DNA from: an uncultured Gammaproteobacteria bacterium
GTDB lineage: Bacteria; Pseudomonadota; Gammaproteobacteria; Eutrophobiales; Eutrophobiaceae
Assembly (NCBI GenBank): GCA_951812995.1
Contig: CATOTD010000002.1
Location: 67,468-131,467, forward strand
DNA: 64,000 bases
Reading direction: 5' to 3'
Position 1 is the stretch's first letter. Each line of letters opens with the position of its first letter. The translations under genes were made by a program, and so were the position numbers. The notes under the pieces are model-generated. The model was not told the DNA's origin, made no database searches, and saw only the letters and a list, made by a program, of their open reading frames with translations. Positions 60,750-64,000 of this stretch are shown piece by piece.

Positions 60750-62147
60750 TAGCGATTAATTGAGCTATTGTCAAAAGTAGTGTCTGACAAGTTAATCATG
60801 CGGCTGCCTTGTCGTCCTCAGTTACCTCGATTCCATCTTTAAGCTTCACGCCTCCAATCACCTTCGCCAGGTGTCTGAAGCCTCGCAGTTTGCGCCAGGA
60901 ATCTTCTGCGCATAATCCCATCTTGTAGATCATCGTCAGCATCGTTATTCGTGTGACACAACCTTTGGCCTGGCGTGTTCTATGCCGGATTGTCGCAAAG
61001 CTCGACGGGGTGACATTCGTTGTCCTGATGTGGGTCCAGTGCTCTGCTGGAAAGTCATAAAATGCCAGCAACGCATCACGGTCTTTCGATAAGCATGGCC
61101 ACTGCCTTCGGATACTTCGCCCCAAAACGTTCCTCAAATGCATCAAATGCCTTCTCTGCATCAGTGCGCCCCTCTGCCATCCAAATGTCATGTAGCCCTT
61201 GTTTCGCTTTCTCCTGGACAGACTTCGGCAGATAGTTCAGTACATTACCGGTCTTATGCATCCAGTAGCGTTGTGCTGTTGTCTCAGGATAGACTTCTTC
61301 CAATGCTACCCAGAATCCCAGAGCACCGTCGCCAATCGCCAGCTTCGGTGGTTGGTTTAAACCTCGCTGTTTCAACGACAACAAGACTTCTCACCAGCTC
61401 TGCTTCGATTCCCTGACACCATCCTTAATTGCCAGGAAGTGCTTCTGACCGCGGCTGTTCACGCCAATGATGACCAGACAACACAATCAACCATCGTCAC
61501 CTCGAAGACCACTGTAGATGCCATCAGCCCAGATATAGACCCATTCGTCAGTCACTGAACGTGTACTCCAGGTTTTGTACTCTGATTCCCACTGACGTTT
61601 CAGGCGACCAACTGCATTGGCGGATAAGCCCTTGGCATCAGGCCCGACAATCACTTCCAGGGCGCTCTGCATCTGACCACTCGAAACACCCTGCAAATAA
61701 AGCCAGGGAATCGCCGCGTCCAGGGTCGCTGTGCGCCGGATGTAAGGAGGCACTATTAACGATTGGAAGCTCTCAGGCTCGCCTTCTCGGCTACGGATCT
61801 TTGGCACCGACACTGGTACTTTGCCAACACCGGTCAATACTTCTCGTTCTGGGTGATAGCCATTGCGCACAACACGCTGTCTGCCTTCACTCGTTTTCTG
61901 ATTATCAAAACTTGCCATCAACTCGGCCAACTCCGCCTGAATCGCTTCTGTTATCAGCTGTTTGGCACCGCTACGTAGCAATCCAGTCAACGGGTCAATA
62001 TCCTCTGGTGTACCCAGATTAATCACAGTATCTTTTGTCATGTGTGGCGTGCTCCTCTTGTTACTTTCGATTGCTAGACAAAACCGATTTCAGCAAGGCA
62101 CGCCGCATACTTCAAATTTATTCAGACACCAGATTCGGTTATAACTC
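60750..62147 (-). mobile_element. IS256-family lineage 3, divergent full-length copy, transposase in three frameshifted pieces
   Basis: ORFs 62041..61487 (MTKDTVINLGTPED...), 61384..61076 and 61191..60796 (..FYDFPAEHWTHIRTTNVTPSSFATIRHRT..) together span an entire IS256-type transposase; the left end is shared with the 39433 and 58436 copies. The low-coordinate end is approximate. Confidence 0.75.
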
Positions 62148-62350
62148 ACATGGGGGATGCCTGCAATGCTGTACATTGACCAACCCCTGGTAGCCGCCCT
62201 AGCTATACGCATAAATGACGTTACTACCACCGACCAATCTTGCCTGTTCAACTTTTTGCATCGACCGTTTTCCTTAGTGAATTGAATGACGCACGGATTA
62301 TTTTATTTTTATCGCTTGAAGTCTCATAGCTATTAAACCCAGGCACTGGA

Positions 62351-64000
62351 TTAGCTTTTAAGTAACGCTTGGCTGAACTCATGCTTATCTTTTTCTGATG
62401 CTGATGTAGTCATTAATAAATACTGCTGTGCCCTTGTCATACCAACATACAACAAGCGAGCACTATTGCTCTTCTCCTCGTCATGGGTATTTAGTGCGCC
62501 AATTCCCAGTATCATGACGCGCAAAAACTCCAGCCCCTTGCTGCTATGAATGGTCGATATCGTGACTTGCTCTATAGCAGAGTCGTATGCCTGCTTGCGT
62601 TGTTTATCGGCCAGCCAGGTATGCGGGATATGTTGTGCTTTGAATTGCTTAGCGAGTGCATCTCCCTGCCACTTCTGTACAACCAATACAGCCATATCGC
62701 GTAACGGCACTTTGTTGCCCTGCCACGTTTGTACACACTTGATCGCATGACGCACCTCGCCATCGAAATTATCAAACTGCCTGGTGACCGGCATACAACC
62801 GCTGGTCCCGGCTGCCTTTGGCTCAAGCAACGGGATATGGTCGTCATCGGCACTGTGTGGGTCTAGGTATTGCTGTACGAAGCGGTAAGCAAACGCCAGG
62901 ATTTCTCGTGTGTTACGATAATTAAGGCGCAAGATACTGGTCCTGCCTTTCGCCTTGATGCCAACACTGGAAAGCGTAAATCCCAGACCGGATGGCTTGC
63001 TATAAAGCGATTGCGCATCGTCATAGAGCAGCAATAAAGAATCCGTATCCGGATCAATCATCTGTACGACCAGCCGCAACCAATCTGCTTCAAAATCGTG
63101 ACCCTCATCAATCAACAGTGCGCCGTACTGCGCCCGTGGAATACGCCCTTTATCCACTGCGTCAATGACTGATTCAACCTGCCGCTCAAAATAGGAATGA
63201 TCCGATTTCTTGATCTCAACATGATAGGTTTTTAATTGTTCACCACACCAGTCATGAAAGTGATAAACCTGAACCTGTCCACCAATGCCCTTGGTGTTCA
63301 TGAAAGCGCGCAATTTTGCGGCCAAGGTAATGTTATAACATAACACCAAAATCGGCTTAGGTATCGTTTGTGCTAACTGTAAACAGCGATAACCCAGTAT
63401 CAATGTTTTACCCGAACCCGAAACACCATGAATGACACGATGCCCGGCTCCCATACTGCGTGCCAACTGCTCCTGCTGAATATCCATGATGCGGATGACT
63501 TCAGGCAAGGCCGCTGCTGGCTCAATATCCGGCTTCGAATCGTCGACGAATAAATCTTCCTGGGAGCTATCAATGCGAATTTCAGGGAATAAATGCCATC
63601 GCACTTGATTGATTTGCGGCAATGTCAATTTATTACCAAACTGATAATGAAACATGCCCCATAGCTGTTCCTGGAATTTTTCAGCATCGGCATTTTCCGT
63701 CATTTCATCTTTATAAATGATTAGGTGATCGGGCAACAGGATTTCGCGCTTATCATCTGGAATTGCTTTTTGGATCTGCTGGCGAGTCATGTTGGTCAAT
63801 ACGGCACCCCAGCCATAAGGCATAATCAAATTACCCTTATGTTTGCCGGATGATTGAATCAGCCTGGGGTCGCGCTGCAATACATTTAGCACCGCATAAG
63901 CATATTGACGCGCCTGATCCAGTGGGTGAGCTGTTCTAACCAAGCCGCTACCTGTCAACAACTCAACACCGGTCTTGCTGATTTTTTTAAGTGTATTGGG
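62351..64000 (-). CDS. UvrD/DUF2075-type superfamily-1 helicase, likely NERD-domain protein; N-terminus beyond window end
   Basis: Walker A (HGVSGSGKTLILGY), DEAH-like (LLIDEGHDF) and C-terminal UvrD-like helicase motifs (TIHSSKGLEF, LYVGMTRAQQ). The reading frame is open to the last base of the window. Confidence 0.65.
   Translation of the reverse strand, partial: PNTLKKISKTGVELLTGSGLVRTAHPLDQARQYAYAVLNVLQRDPRLIQSSGKHKGNLIMPYGWGAVLTNMTRQQIQKAIPDDKREILLPDHLIIYKDEMTENADAEKFQEQLWGMFHYQFGNKLTLPQINQVRWHLFPEIRIDSSQEDLFVDDSKPDIEPAAALPEVIRIMDIQQEQLARSMGAGHRVIHGVSGSGKTLILGYRCLQLAQTIPKPILVLCYNITLAAKLRAFMNTKGIGGQVQVYHFHDWCGEQLKTYHVEIKKSDHSYFERQVESVIDAVDKGRIPRAQYGALLIDEGHDFEADWLRLVVQMIDPDTDSLLLLYDDAQSLYSKPSGLGFTLSSVGIKAKGRTSILRLNYRNTREILAFAYRFVQQYLDPHSADDDHIPLLEPKAAGTSGCMPVTRQFDNFDGEVRHAIKCVQTWQGNKVPLRDMAVLVVQKWQGDALAKQFKAQHIPHTWLADKQRKQAYDSAIEQVTISTIHSSKGLEFLRVMILGIGALNTHDEEKSNSARLLYVGMTRAQQYLLMTTSASEKDKHEFSQALLKS

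Overview
This 64 kb window looks like a gammaproteobacterial chromosomal segment, judging by gene order and protein signatures. It has two well-conserved housekeeping blocks, separated and flanked by a very dense mobile-element graveyard.

**Block 1 (1-21.8 kb):**
- A partial AIPR-like abortive-infection gene sits at the left edge.
- On the minus strand: ggt, coaD, rsmD and an M16 peptidase pair.
- A long 10-bp-unit tandem repeat lies between the peptidase and ftsY.
- Then ftsYEX, rpoH, djlA (minus), a SAM-dependent methyltransferase and a complete pho locus (phoB-phoR, then pstS-pstC-pstA-pstB-phoU).
- A recognisable Pho box sits upstream of pstS.

**IS-riddled accessory region (22-45 kb):**
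- Three defective copies of one IS256-family element.
- Two intact copies of an IS1595-family element with 8-bp target-site duplications, each carrying a small conserved passenger ORF.
- A third, divergent IS1595 transposase plus two IS1595 fragments.
- Two IS5-type copies, an IS903-like pseudogene, an IS481-family pseudogene and IS3-family orfB remnants.
- Two copies of another IS5-family element in inverted orientation, and fragments of a second IS256-family lineage.
- Embedded among these are a low-GC glycan module (2OG-Fe oxygenase, fnlA/capE-like and fnlC/capG-like genes, a GT4 glycosyltransferase) and defence debris (a HEPN-like small ORF and a DUF2726 pseudogene split by an IS).
- A beta-class DNA methyltransferase with a translationally overlapping downstream ORF looks like a candidate restriction-modification pair.

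**Block 2 (45-57.6 kb):**
- dsbC on the minus strand with a 16-bp x7 repeat in its promoter.
- A GspE/PilB-family ATPase, then xerC on the minus strand.
- An EcoRV-like R-M cassette inserted at the xerC 5' end, bounded by ~185-bp direct repeats.
- The rpsP-rimM-trmD-rplS operon.
- A 1373-aa fn3-rich autotransporter-like giant protein preceded by a 15-bp tandem repeat.

**Right end:** more IS256-family debris and a partial NERD/UvrD-like helicase gene running off the window.

No rRNA, tRNA or CRISPR array was recognisable by eye. All IS boundaries are approximate.
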